64,000 bases of DNA from Selaginella moellendorffii. Taxonomy: Eukaryota; Plantae; Lycopodiophyta. The DNA is taken from NCBI RefSeq assembly GCF_000143415.4, contig NW_003314276.1:1972107-2036106 (forward strand), read 5' to 3'. Both the position numbers and the translations under genes were made by a program. The notes under the pieces were generated by a model. That model worked only from the letters and a program-made list of their open reading frames with translations. It did no database searches and was not told where the DNA came from. Below are positions 36,006-49,954 of the stretch, piece after piece. The first letter of the stretch is position 1. Each line of letters begins with the position of its first letter.

Positions 36006-37312
36006 TTAAAGTGCGTACTCACCAGGTTCGCAGAGAAGATACTGTTTTTCTTTGGCAACTGTAATTATATGCTCCATTGAAGTCACCTCTTCAATGGAGT
36101 TTGTCACCGCAACACACGGGACACCCTTGAGTAGTGCGGCTCGAAAGAATAGTCCGCCGCAGTTGTACTCGACAACGCATTTGCCCTTGGAGTCGGAAGC
36201 AGGTGACCCACCCGCTATTGCGTTGAAGACCCAGCTGAGCATTTCCCATGCTGCACCTGGAGCTTTCTCTGGATTCGAAAGCTCCATAGCCGTCTTCAGT
36301 TCCTCAGGCACGGGTAAATTGACCTCCCTCAGATCAATTCGATCGGCCTTGTCGAACGAAGCTGGGAAGTCACTCCAGTCCCACTCTGCTGCAGGACCAA
36401 TAACAAGGGCGAGTGTGAAGATGCGGACATTCGTCGGTATCTTCTTCTTAGCCATTATCCCATGGATCTCCTACATCTCCTTGCCTTTCAACTGAGCCTT
36501 CACCTCGTTCAAGGCCTTCCAGAACTTGTGATAGGATTCGGAGTTGTAGATCATATAGTGGACTGAAGATTCCACCTTCGCAAGTCCCACCATTAAGTCA
36601 ATGATGGAGCTGATTTCGTCTGCATGAGTGATCTCCTCGTTTATGAAGTCCATCACATAAAAGATGTTCTTGACCTGCTCATCTCCGCGGGAAACGATGC
36701 TCCTCCACCTTTGATCCTCATCCGAATTCACGTATACCCGGTAAGGTTCTCGATAGGCCTCTGCTGCGGGGTCGAGCTGTTTCTGAAGCCGGCGGTCGAC
36801 ATCCCTCCTAATGAAATTTGGATACTGATCCAACTTCTCAGCTTTACTTTTTGTGGCATCCCACAACAGATCGATGAACTTGGGGGCCCCCTTCACGTAC
36901 TCGTCGATGTCTTCATTTGACAACTCCAGCTCTTCCATCATCTCTTGCGTGGTGTCGATGCTCACCCTCTCCACGGCCACTTGCTCGAAGATCCAATCCT
37001 TCAATAGCGCACGAGCTCTCAGAGTCGTGCACAAGTCCTCGTATGTCACAATATGGCCGGGAGTCATTTTGGTCTTGTTGAAGACTACCTCACCACGTAG
37101 AAGAGCATTAGCCACTGTCAGAAGGTCGTCGTCGTCTAGAGACCGCGAGAAACGCAAGGCGTTGAGCTTCAAATCATTGGGCTTCCGGCCGTCCTCCACA
37201 CCCATTGAGTTTAGCAACTCCCCGTCATGGTACCTCCTCAGCACATCTACCCATTTGTCAAAAACAACTTTTGTCGCGAGTAGAATGTTATGGATGCTGA
37301 GTGTGTCATTGA
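36006..37312 (-). pseudogene. C-terminal part of the split ParB-like gene: helical region plus degenerate beta-class N6A/N4C DNA-methyltransferase-like fold
   Basis: ORFs 36471..37328 and 36006..36455 are in frame across one TAG. EKAPGAAWEMLSWVF..KGKCVVEYNCGGLFFRAALLKGVPCVAV resembles motifs X-I-II. No DPPY. Confidence 0.45.
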
Positions 37313-40300
37313 TAAGGAACATCGACAATGAGGCGGGTTATGTGACTAGTCGACAGTAGCTACCCCATGACTAGAGATTTCACCATGCACACGAAGTGCC
37401 GAAGCCAGTCTGCCTATTACTGGCCCAAACTTAAAGATCAATAGATGGACAATATCAAAGTCAAAAACAATGATATCTTAGAGTCTTAAGTATCAGTGAT
37501 TATATCTTAGATTAGAACACAAAAGTATTCCAAGTAAGTTATCATCCGATAAACTAGTATTATAGGATAGGAACCACCAAGATCATCATAATTGGTAAAT
37601 ATAGGAATCACCATCCAACAAAATTCAATAGCAAGTATATCATCAAAGAAACTCAATGATAAAACTTAACTATCAAATATTGCAGATAGAATGCCAAACA
37701 ACTTACGAAAGATAACTCAAAGAACACCAAGTATCATCAACAAGCAAGCAAAATGCTCGCGAATGTATCCCCCGAAGGAAATAACATCCCAATCTATCAA
37801 AACTAACTCGAGCAATAGTCAACAGAACAGAATGAATGTGGCAAGACCAACAAACACTCGTTAATGCCAACTATCACACTAGCTAATCTGAATAGATCTC
37901 AGCCAACAACACCAAGGAACTCAAGTTGCCTAAGCAAGTGTCAACAACATCCTACTGATGTCTCAAACCCAAGAGACCAATCCAGAGCAAATCACAAAGA
38001 ACATGTGATATTGCAAAAAACCACAAGCCATCAAATAGAACAACTAACCACCATAAAAGATCATCAATCATCCTATGAATAGAGAAATGCATAATCATCA
38101 TCGAAGAAAGAATCTACTATCCCGAAGAATAGCAAATCATTCTGTACCAATAATAATCAAGCAAAACCCTTGACAAGGATAATCGACTATCTTAGATGAT
38201 AGTCAATCATCACCAATGATTGCTAGATGCAAATACTAACGTCAACATCGAAGCTAATGAGCTAAAATGCCTTCCCCAACAACTTCTAACCAATGGTCCA
38301 TAAGCATGAAAGTTCAAGGAACCAAAAGCTCGAAGAAGCCTATAGCCAAGTCTTGCCTAATAATGATCACAAGTCTCGCATGGACTAACGTCAATGCTAA
38401 AGAAGAAATCATGGTACAACCCACAATATCCTCCTCAACACATCTATAAGCTAAACTTTATAATGCAAAGCTAATGAAGAGCATGTCTGCATCAATCCAA
38501 AAACTAAGCATAACAAAGCTATGCTGAACAAGTGATCATCAAACAATCCTCCATGAATCCATCTATAGCAAGACGTAATTCACATCATAACAAACACAAG
38601 AAGAATCATCAATGATCGATATATTCCAACTCAAATCCAATAAGGATTCCAATATTCTAATATCAATCACTAACTCTTCATCTCGTAAAGTTAGCATAGT
38701 CCACGACTGAATCACTTTTCAAGGAAAAGCCAAAACTTAACCCTTACTCAATAATCTCGTCTAGAACACAACTAACTCAAACTTGCCACTCAGTTCGTTT
38801 GAACGTCAACATAGTTGCTAACTAGCAAATGTACGAATGCCAATAACACAAAGCCATAGCCAAATCATCAACACGATTTCTATCGAGACTAATGAAACTC
38901 GACATCAATCTTGCAGAGAGACGTCTCATCCCACTGAAATCTCAATATCAACAATGTCAACGACAAGGCATCACTTCAATGCCATTAACACTAGAACAAA
39001 GCTAGAAGAAAGCATGAGTGTATCACCACTCAAAGCTCTCTAGCAACCAAGCTAACCAAGGTTGAAGATACTGTAATTTGTATCTGAAACCAATCCTTTA
39101 GCAAAACTCAGTTACAGATAACACTTCCTCAAGGAGTGAATCACCACGTCCAAGACTCAATGAAATCCAACACTATGAATTAAACGCAACCAAATGATAT
39201 TAACAGAGGTAGAGCCGACATGCCAACATGGAAAACCCATGTAAGTCTAACGACACGATCCTCCGCAACACCATCCGGTAAGGCAAGCCCATCACTGCTA
39301 AATCTTCATCGAGTGAAGCAAGTGTCAAACAGTCATCGACGAAGTTTACAAGCAATCATTAGTCGCAAGGCAACCAACAATCACTCTTCAACTTGCCTTC
39401 ACAAGACCCAAACACTAACTTCTTGTCATCAAGTCATATACTTATTCAACATGAACGTAATACCTCATGTACAGAATAAAAGTTCATGGACAAGCATAAA
39501 CTAAATGACCACTCGAACCTAAATCAACCGTAATAAGCTCACTTAATGCATTTAGTCAATAGCTCTGAGCATGCCTTGAAGAGGCTAACTATGCATGATC
39601 AACACTTAATCGAAACTAAAGTGAAGACCACAAGATGGACTCATGTTGGTACACAACCTCCTCATAGACAAAGCTATAATGTGGGTACCAACACCTCAAA
39701 CTCAAACAACTAAGTTGGACATCACCATCCTCAGCCAAGGCACAGGGCCACCAAGACCAAGTCAAGATCAGTGAGAGCTCACTACTCTCATAGAGTCTAA
39801 CGAAATGCAAAGTGCAACCTGCCACCAAGCATAATGCTACAAAAGAAAGGCACAAAAGTCACCTTTCTAGAAAAGTGCAACGGCCACTTTTCTACACTAA
39901 CTCTAGACTCTATCCAACTCAATTGCCTTAGCCCCAAAGGTTAGCATCCCTTTCGGGTTGCATCATACAAACTACATACTAAGGTATAAGCTAACTGAAG
40001 TCAACTCCAACCCCTTCACTAGTTTGTATTGGCTTTCGAAAACGGAATGGTTTTCGAGCAAAGTGACCAACAGATCAGCCATTGGAAAAGTCTAAGAAAA
40101 TTTGTGGAAAAATTTTCCATCCTAGAGAAAGAATAACTTTCAGTCCAGAAATACAGACTTTCAAGACTCAACCAACTTCTTTTTACCAACAACTTCACAT
40201 AGGTTCACCTCAACTCAAATTCTCGAGACCCATAACATGCTTAAGCATCAAACATCTTTTTGCCCATACTTCCGACATCCAACACCGACATCCGCAAAAA

Positions 40301-43060
40301 TGCAAAATGATCATCCAAGGTTTGATCACGGAGACCATATCTTCGGATATTCACATTGCACTAACACTCTTCTTCAACCACCTTCAAGATCTAATGTGAA
40401 GCTAAAACACTAACAAGAAAAATGACATGGAAAATCAAGCTCTAAGGAAAATTCCTCATCACTTGAAATAACAATGCCACTTCCACTAACACAAGTGTTA
40501 GCAATGTCAATGCTTCAACTACACATCTTCTCCATCCAACAATTTACTCCAAGTGCTAACGGATAAACCAACAAGCCATAGCAAATGAATGCTACAACCC
40601 TTTTCCAACACCACAATAGGCAAACTCAAGGAACTAAAGAACCAACTTAAACTTAGCATAATGGACCACTATTGAGAATCTAGTCAAAGCTACTACAATG
40701 CTACTACGTGCAAGTAGACTAGCTTCACCATCACCCACTTTGGGGTTGATCATCGTTAACCAAGCAACTTCGTAAACACATTACTCATTATCACATGGAT
40801 ATGATATAAGTATTACAATGACTTGATCATCAATCAAGCAACAATATGAGCAATGCCAATGTCATTATTACAAAGGTTTATGTGAATATCAAGTGTCAAC
40901 TCAATTTGACAAAATGCAACATAAATGCCACACCCCATCAATAGAGATTTACAACATTTAACACCACTAACTTTTGTTCACAACACGGACAAGCTTATGC
41001 CACTCTCTTTCTGACCAAACTCAAAACTAATCCAACACCAAGCTATTCAAGGAGCAATAGCAAGGTTCTCCGGAAAAGAATTAAACATTGCAACCCAAGT
41101 CTTCCAATAGCAAGCCTAGACAAAATGGTATAACACTTCACCGTTATCCATCCCACAACTTGCCATTTGTAAGACTATCATTTCCAACATGCATCAAGGT
41201 AGGGACTCTTGATTACATAATGTGAACACGAGCAATGAGTCACACCTCGTTGCAAATCATTTCTCCAAGGAGATAAAATGATTTACGTATTTGATCCTCC
41301 GTCCCCAATGACTCTCTTTTCGGTCTCATCTTTGACCAAACCTCAAGCTTGCTTTCGCACTGCCTTCAGTTCAATCGAAGAAAAGTTTATGAGAGAGCAC
41401 AACAATGATTACTTGAATCAATAGACTAATCCCTATAATCTTAATTGATCCACTTATAACCATGCCTAGGAAGGATCCACTAGTGCCGTGCTAAACAGCT
41501 ATGGACCAGCCTATTTGCCACTCATAGCAAACTCAGGGAAGGTTTGCTTTTACCCATGGTACATGGAACAACTCATGGAACCATTGGAACAACTCATGGA
41601 ACCACCGATAGGCTAACATTAATCCTGCCAACTCAAAGTGTAACCTTGAGTTGCTAATGTGCCTCACTCACAAGTCCAAGCGTAAACTCGTGCTAACGGA
41701 GCATCTCAAATCCATCCTATGAGCCCAAGAGCAAGCTCATATAATGCAGTACAAATAGGTAACAAAATCCATACTCAAGGAACAATTGCGAAGCCTTTGC
41801 ACCCAAACGTGTACCCACTCGGATCATCGTTTTCATCTCTGCGTATGCAACGAGACTAGTTGCCCAATCTCATTGTATAGTATTCGCTGAGACTCATCCT
41901 CTGATACCAAATGTAGCGCACGTGGTTTTGACCCTTTATCCTATGGTGATTTACCATAGGATAACACCACGAAGCGGAACCTAAACCCTCTTTGTGCCAC
42001 GTGACAGATGCCACGTGTCACATGCCATGTGTCCATGCCACGTGTCCATAAGAACCCGAGGTTCAGAGCCTTGGGCCACTGAACAAAGGAACTGTGCCAA
42101 ACTCCAAAGCATGGAGCCAAGGAGTGACGGAACCGAACCACGGAGCAACTCCCGAGCATAAAGCCCAAGGAGCGAAGGGACAGGAGCCCGGAGCGACTTG
42201 GAACAGTCCTGGAGCAACCAGCATCCCAATGCCAGGACCAGCACGCAAAACGGAGCCAAACGGAGTCTGGCGCTATTTCGGCATACCAGTGGCCTAACGC
42301 GAGGACATGGGTACTCCACCAACTAGCATGGAATGGAACTTGGGCTTAGACCCAAGCCGGACGCAGAACAAGGACAGGCACGCAAGCGGGAGCTAGATTA
42401 TGCCTCAAGTTGGTCGGCCATGCCCGACCTACCCACTATCCCTACTATACATTTGGAACCCCCCATGGCCCCCCCCCCCCCCTTGAGGAACACACGCTTT
42501 GGGCTTTCACCCCAAGCCTCCCTTAGTATCAGGAGTTAGTCTCTGGGACAAGCTCGAAACTTACTAAATATGGAATGGTGCTAGATTGTGAATTTGGACA
42601 CGGGACGAACACCATTGTGTTCAGGACAATCTTTACATTCCATAGATATGCCAAATGAGCAAATCTGGACACTTTCCATAAATAGTATTTGGGACCGAAA
42701 TGAGACCAACACAAAGGGCATGATAGCGAGGGTGTTTGGCAGACACGGTAAGCTATCATCTAGCGATATTGAGGGACCAAGCTCAATATCGCGGGGGTTC
42801 TTGATACTAGCAAGTGCAAGCCAATGACAGGAGTTTCTCAAACCAGGCCGAGTATGCTCAGCAAGAAACACATAGGGTTCCTACCTTATGTTTATCCGAT
42901 TTAAGTACACGGTCATTGACCAGTTTCTCAACTAGCTCAAGTGGGAAACTGATAACGGGTCCAGCAATACCGACCTCCTGCCATCGTGGCAGTAAGGTAA
43001 GAGTGTCCGTAAGGACTAGTCGACAGGTAACTTTCGATACCCGAAGTCACATGCGCGACA
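37313..43060 (-). mobile_element. Decayed gypsy-derived LTR element D (5' LTR 41912-43060; 3' LTR not recognisable)
   Basis: LTR with inverted termini TGTCGCGCA..TGCGCTACA; PBS TGGTATCAGAG at 41899-41909 (minus); ATTGA on both flanks (37308-37312, 43061-43065); only faint RT/IN-like remnants inside. Confidence 0.7.
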
Positions 43061-43453
43061 ATTGACCCCCAGTGTTTTCAAGAGAAGACTCGAGAATTCC
43101 TGCAATGGAAATGGCGTGAGGCCATATGCTATGCCACATGCAACGAGGCTTACCTGCCAGGCGCTAGTTGCTAGTGCACGTCCTTGTCCTGGTTTTTGTG
43201 GCTTCTTCAGTTGAACCCAGAGCTTCCGTGTTCGTGCCAATGTCTCGTGCAGACCCGATTTGTAGCACGTTTCTTGCTTGACATTCTGCGCGTGGGAGAT
43301 GTATATGATAGATCGGAGGGGCGAGTTGTCTTTTATCAGGCGGACAACTCTTGTCTTGAAGACTTTCTTCACCTCCTCGCCCACCATAATATCCACAACT
43401 ATCTCTTGCATCGCCAAGCTAGAATGTTGCTTGGAGACGGCATAGAACCGGAT
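43061..43453 (-). pseudogene. Middle part of the split ParB-like gene (intron 43100-43153)
   Basis: IRFYAVSKQHSSLAMQEI... continues the 51070 frame across element C. The 54-nt CAG|GTAAG..TTGCAG intron contains a palindrome. Confidence 0.6.
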
Positions 43454-46400
43454 TGTGAGACACAAAATCCCTAGGCCCCAAAGTGGAGCCGGAAGGGCGC
43501 CACATGGTAGTGGCCGAAGCAAGAGCCAAACGAGCGTAACACGTTTGGACCAAAAGCTCCGACTTGAAAAGTCAAGAGCGGGAGTGGAACTCCCAACGAA
43601 GTGCTCGAGGAACGAGCACGAAGCGAGCAAAAGGCGAGGCTCCAAAAAGGGACCCAAAAGGACCAACACATGACACGTGGGAGTGTCCGAGATGGACTCG
43701 AGTTGGAGTCCGAAGTGGAGTCCGAGATGGACCCGAGTTGGAGTCTGAAGTGGAGTCCGAGATGGACCCGAGTTGGAGTCCGAAGTGGAGTCTGAGATGG
43801 ACCCGAGTTGGAGTCCGAAGTGGAGTCCGAGATGGACCCGAGATGGAGTCCGAGATGGAGTCCGAAGTGGAGTCCGAGGTGGACCCGAGATGGACCCGAG
43901 TTGGAGTCCGAAGTGGAGTCCGAGATGGACCCGAGATGGAGTCCGAGATGGAGTCCGAGGTGGACCCAAGATGGACCCGAAATGGAGTCCGAGATGGAGT
44001 CCGAGATGGACCCGAGATGGAGTCCGAGATGGAGTCCGAGATGGAGTCCGAGATGGAGTCCAAAGTCAAGACCGAGACCGAGACCGGGACCGAGACCGAG
44101 ACCGAGACCGAGATCGGGACCGAGACCGAGACCGAGGCCGAGGCCGAGACCGAGCCCGAGCCCGAGTCCGAGTCCGAGTCCGAGTCCGAGTCCAAGTCCG
44201 AGTCCGGAGCCTGAGAGGGTGAAAGCCCAAAGCGTTTGTCTCCCAGACCCTGGGGGGTTTGGTGAGCTCCAAAAGTATAGTAGGGGGAGGACTGCAGTGG
44301 AGCCAGTTTAGCCAGGAAAGGCCAGTTTGGCCCAGGAAGGCCGGACCCAGTGTTGGGTGATGAGCTGCCCACTGGGAAGTCCAAGACTAGAGTGAACACG
44401 GACCGACAAGCGGGGTAGCTTGGTGAAGTGTTCAAGAGCCGGCTCTAGTTCCCCCGGGAGATCGACTGGCCGATGCTCCCAGTCCAAGTGTGGGTGGCAC
44501 TACCTACTTGGATACCAGGCGTGGCTCAACGGAACCTCGCTCTAAGCCCATGGCTAGAGCACCTAAAGGCGATAGGTGGGGAGAGTACCTAGGTGGCTCG
44601 CGTAAGGCCACGGTGTTCCGAAATGTTGTCCCAAAGGCCCAGACTGTGGAAAGGAAGAGGAGCAGTCCTCTGGAGAAGTGACCAAGGACACAGTCGTGTG
44701 GTGAAGAAGTCCCAGAGGACCGTGGGACTTAGTGGTCGGGCCTGTGGGCCTCGATCCAGTGGCAGTGTTGGCAAACACGGCCAAGGGCAGAAAGGGACTT
44801 AGTGGGGACTGATAGAGGGATATTGGGGAAGGCTATTCCCCTTGTCAGTGGGCATCCTAAGGATGCTAAGGAGTGGATCTGAGATCACCACTCACAGATG
44901 GTTTGCCTAGTCTTGGAGAGCCAAGACTGTGATGCAAGTGGTATTGGACTACCAGTGTGGCAAAGGTGATTGGGCATGGCCTTAGCGTAACGGGCTGCCA
45001 TGTCGGTGGTACCTTTGAGTGTCGGTCATGGGATCAGACACGTGGAGCACTTGGACCAAGTGTAAATGTTGAGTGGCATGGATGCCATTCTCGGGGCTAG
45101 CAAGTCCCAAGTCCTGGATTGGACTGATGGAGGTTGTGAATGAGACTCCTCCAAGTGGTCGGAGGTGTGGTTAAGTGACTAAAGTAGAACGGAAAATTTA
45201 GTCTCTTACAATTTGGTATCGGAGCTGTTCCTTAGTCCGACTTTTATTGGTGCTCAAGTATATCACCACTAGTGTTGGCATCGGAAGGTCCGAGGAGTGG
45301 GCCTATCCTTGAGGAGTAGCAAGTCGGGAAGACATGGCTCTCCATTACAGTTCATGTGTGAACTTGTAGACGAGGTGGTGGATAGAAAAGGGCCAATAAT
45401 GGAACGACTTTGGGATCTTGGGAACAGTATATGGTTTTCCTCAAAGAGTTGAGGATGTGATCCAGATGAGCGTTTGACTTAGCAAACTGGCTAATGTAGT
45501 TATGGTAAACAACTACAGTTGGGATCACGGGAAAGATAAAGACTCCAAAGCAATAAAGGAGTCACAAGATTTTCCTCATATAGTTGAGGTTGGTGCTCAT
45601 GAATGTGAGACCAGAAGTAATGACCGTGGGAGGTCAAATACGGAAGAGGACTCAAGTCCTTGAAAAGGTAGCCGGGGCTACCTCTAATAAATGCTGGAAC
45701 AACCCAAGGAGTTGGGGGTGTATTAAGTGGATGAGTTGGTGTTCTCATCACATGGACAAGTAGTCCTAAGGGGCAAAGGTTGCCCCCAAAGAACAAAATC
45801 AGGTGTCGGAGTAACACTTGTGAAAATAGTCCTTTTGAGTAGGACAGGAATGCAAGAAGTGTATTCTAGTGAGCTAGTGCCTCACAAGTAGGACCTTACG
45901 GGTCTGTGGATTAACCAAGTCCAAAACTGCTGGATGACTCAAGTAGAGTCAACGGATGGTCCTAAAAGGACTGATGGAAGCATTTTGACTGAGGTGTGTT
46001 GTACCCCACAAAGGATGGGGGGGGATCATAGGATCCAAGGATGAAAACAGAGGGTATCTCATCGATGGCAAAATATGCCATGCTAAAGTTATGGGAAAGG
46101 TGTTCCCAGAAGAAAACAACTTTGACATAAAGTTGTGTGTGACCTCTATGGTGTAGTGCTAACGGATGGTTGGCATGAGAAAGAGCGGTGTTGGTCTTGG
46201 CAAAGACTTAGACACGAAGGGGAAATGTCATAGAGGTAGGCTCGTGGAGCCGATGGTGTGGAGACACCAAATGTGCCAAGGTGTGATACCTTGAGGCTAT
46301 GTTGGTGGGTTCATGAGAACCCCTTGCCAAAGGAATCCCAATGGAAATGGGAATAGCATAGCCTAAGCTGCAAAGCATGCAGTTGGAGTGTGGTGACCCA

Positions 46401-49400
46401 GATAATGATGGAGGTGTGAAAGCACCAAGCAATGAGTTGTAGGACTTGACAACTATGAGGCAACTAAGCAAGAGGTGCAAAATAACTGGTTAAACGGGTA
46501 GAAGGTGGCTACCCAAGACTTCTTAATAGCATAGGGAAGTTGGATATACCCTTACGGGGGATAAGTTGCTTGTGTTGCGATATAGTAAGTCAATGTCATA
46601 AAAGGAAATACTCATTGTCAAGAAAGCCATCATTGGGACACCCGAACACTCTAGAACACCAGAAGGTGGTGTTTGATGTCGCGAGGGCAATGGATAAAGC
46701 CCAAGGGACTAAGTCCCTAGCGAATGATGGATAGAAGGTGCTATCCAAATGTCCAAGGTTGCGGAGACAGGAGAGGACTGTCTACCCGAGTTGGACAAAG
46801 CCAAAAATGGAATTTTGGCAAGGCTAGTGATGGGCATGTAAAGGCCCATAAGTAACAATGTAATCCCAGTGTGTGGGATTATAAGGTGAGCATACCCGGA
46901 TTGAGGAACCACTCCCTAGGCTATTGGGTAGGTTCATCCCTAAGAATACTTGCTAAAGCATTATAGAAAGTGCAAAGCTATCCTCCTGGTCTGGAGGAGA
47001 ATGACCAAAGGAAAGGTGTGAAGCCAAAAAGCAAGAAGTAAGGGGATAGAACCGAACCGTAGGAATCAAAGGGCATAACCAAGGTTGGTTATGCCAGCTG
47101 GGAGTGGAGAATCAAGTGGGGGCTCGAGGGTGTTGCCGCTAGCAACCGTGATGCCATGGAGAGTCTAAAATATGGAATTGTCCATGTTAGACTATGTGGC
47201 ATTTGGAAGGCTTGCAAAAAGGGAGGCCTTAGCAAGCTAAGGGACAGAGTTCCTTCAAGGTTCCCAAAGATGATTCTAGGTAGCGTAGTACCTAAAAAGG
47301 CCAAGCGTAAATGGTTCAAGGAACGCGCGAAATCAGAGTGGCGCAGCAGAAGCGTGGTCTTGAAGCTTGCCATGAGGCAAGGTTATCAAGGTTAGGGAAG
47401 AAGTTCCCGAGTGTTCAAAGAGAGGGCTTTGAACGAAAGTCGGTGATCAAGGGCTTTCACGCTTGTGCAGGAACCATGTTACAGTGGTCGAAGGACTTGC
47501 CAAAGCAAGATTGGCAAGTCAGGGGAACAAATACCCTAGTTGAAGGTGATAACTTCAAAAAGGGTGGGCCATGGGGCCAAGCATGGAGGAGTCCATGCAT
47601 GATCACAGGCCTGTCAAGTGAGAGGACTTGGCAGTGGGGAGGAACTAGGTTCCTAAGCTGTGATCTATAGCGCGCTTTAAAAATGAGTTGGTGCACCGGC
47701 GTGGGGAGTCACGCCAGGCATCTTGTGTGATGCCGTCCGTAGATGCATATACGGAGGTTGGGTTCGAGTCCCGACCCTCTAGTGCTTGGGTTCGAGTCCC
47801 AAATCACTAGGGCGTGGTGATGGTTTGGAATATGAGGACACTCATATTTCGGTGGTCATGGACTCTCAGTGGGGAGACTGGTTTGGGCACACCGCCAAGC
47901 GAGGGATGCCTCGGAGTCGTGATGCACGGTTAGATTGCTTAGTGTGAAAGCTCAGCATATCTAACTTGAACGCTTTGGTGCAAGTGGCACCAAGGTCGTG
48001 GTGAGTGAGATGGGGACACCTAATCTCAGTTGCTATGAACCCTTGGCCGTAAGGGCTGGCTTGGGTGCACCGCCAAGTGTGGGGGATGCCCCCGGGGTTA
48101 TAGTCAACAACTTGGAGGTCTAGAAGACCAAGTACCTATTGGCAACTCTGTTAAGGTGCCATAGTGAGATCACTAGGTGATCTTATGGCCAGATAAGGAC
48201 AAGGTCCTTGGTTGGTTAAGGAATGAAGTTCCTGGTTCAAAATGTTGAAATTGAACTGTTTAAGGTGGTGTGGCTTGGTCGTGATGACCAAGTGGGAAGA
48301 GCACCTAAGGGAAATAAACTATGTCCGTGCGATGGCATAGTGAGTCCGAGGAAAGTAGTCTCTATAAAAGACCCATGGGAGGGTCATGAAGTTGGGCTGT
48401 GGATAGAGCCCATAGCAGAAGATGCTAAAGAGACGTACTAGGGGTGAACATCCTCCGGACTTGGCAAAGAAGAGTCTTTGCTATGGAACCGAAACAATAC
48501 CTCAAGGAGGGAGGTAGAGATTCGATGTTGCTTGGTGCAACAATCAACGGATAGGAGCAAAAGATGAGTGGCCAAGATAGGGCCGTGGAATCCCTTGGAA
48601 GGAATCCAAGTGACAAAGTTAGGCGAGGAACACTAATGTGTTGGACGCTAACAAGTTGCGGGAAAGGAAGTGTGTTTCCAAGGAGGGATTCCGAAATGCT
48701 CCGATTTGGCGAAAGTGGAAGCTCCAAGGGAGGGAGCGGTAAGGTAGCCAAATGATAGGGTCATGAACAGCCCTAGCACAAAGTATGATAATTGGAACTT
48801 TGGCACGAAATAGAAGAGAGGATGATGGTGCCCTCGAGTAGAGAACTTCCTAGGATGGGAAGTGGAGTTGCACAAAAGGTGCAAGGCAAGGTGTCGGAGA
48901 CACCTAGGAAATTGACTCCAAGAAGTCAAAATTCAAAGTTCCAAAGTGCAAAGGTTATATCGATAGAAATTGAGACTACTCGAGAAGGAGTAGTGGGATT
49001 GACTTAGAGAAGGGTCTCTAAGAGGTTTAGCGAGAACTAAACCAATAAAAGGAGAGAACCACTATATGTGGTCCAATCAGTCTCTAAGTTTGAGAGACTA
49101 CCCTCCTTAGAGGATATGCAAAAGGCATGGTGAGCCTTCAATGTCCAACCATTGACGAATATGGAGAAGGCATGGTGAGCCTTCAATGTCACACCATTGA
49201 CAAATATTGGCTACGCGCCAAGGATGGAAATGGTAACACATGTGGGTGTTACTTTATAAAATGGTTCACCGTTCGATGAAGACATCGAACTTCGTCTATG
49301 GGTGGTGGAGTTGTGAGACACAAAATCCCTAGGCCCCAAAGTGGAGCCGGAAGGGCGCCACATGGTAGTGGCCGAAGCAAGAGCCAAACGAGCGTAACAC

Positions 49401-49922
49401 GTTTGGACCAAAAGCTCCGACTTGAAAAGTCAAGAGCGGGAGTGGAACTCCCAACGAAGTGCTCGAGGAACGAGCACGAAGCGAGCAAAAGGCGAGGCTC
49501 CAAAAAGGGACCCAAAAGGACCAACACATGACACGTGGGAGTGTCCGAGATGGACTCGAGTTGGAGTCCGAAGTGGAGTCCGAGATGGACCCGAGTTGGA
49601 GTCTGAAGTGGAGTCCGAGATGGACCCGAGTTGGAGTCCGAAGTGGAGTCTGAGATGGACCCGAGTTGGAGTCCGAAGTGGAGTCCGAGATGGAGTCCGA
49701 AGTGGAGTCCGAGGTGGACCCGAGATGGACCCGAGTTGGAGTCCGAAGTGGAGTCCGAGATGGACCCGAGATGGAGTCCGAGATGGAGTCCGAGGTGGAC
49801 CCAAGATGGACCCGAAATGGAGTCCGAGATGGAGTCCGAGATGGACCCGAGATGGAGTCCGAGATGGAGTCCGAGATGGAGTCCGAGATGGAGTCCAAAG
49901 TCAAGACCGAGACCGAGACCGG

Positions 49923-49954
<32 letters not shown>

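Noticed and set aside
43680-44210. Possible CRISPR-like array
   Set aside because: No unique spacers, no cas genes, eukaryotic LTR context. The dispersed 22-bp palindromes are also irregularly spaced.
43564-44435. Long ORFs encoding RS/RD/SP/ES dipeptide repeats (also 16076-16390, 22472-22786, 29650-30453, 49329-50294)
   Set aside because: By-product of stop-free hexamer arrays in LTRs; open in several frames and frameshifted between sister LTRs.
44800-45170. Hammerhead ribozyme (retrozyme) in non-autonomous LTRs
   Set aside because: CTGATAG and CTGATGG occur, but I found no CTGANGA...GAAA core with proper stems by eye. An Infernal/RNAMotif scan would settle it.
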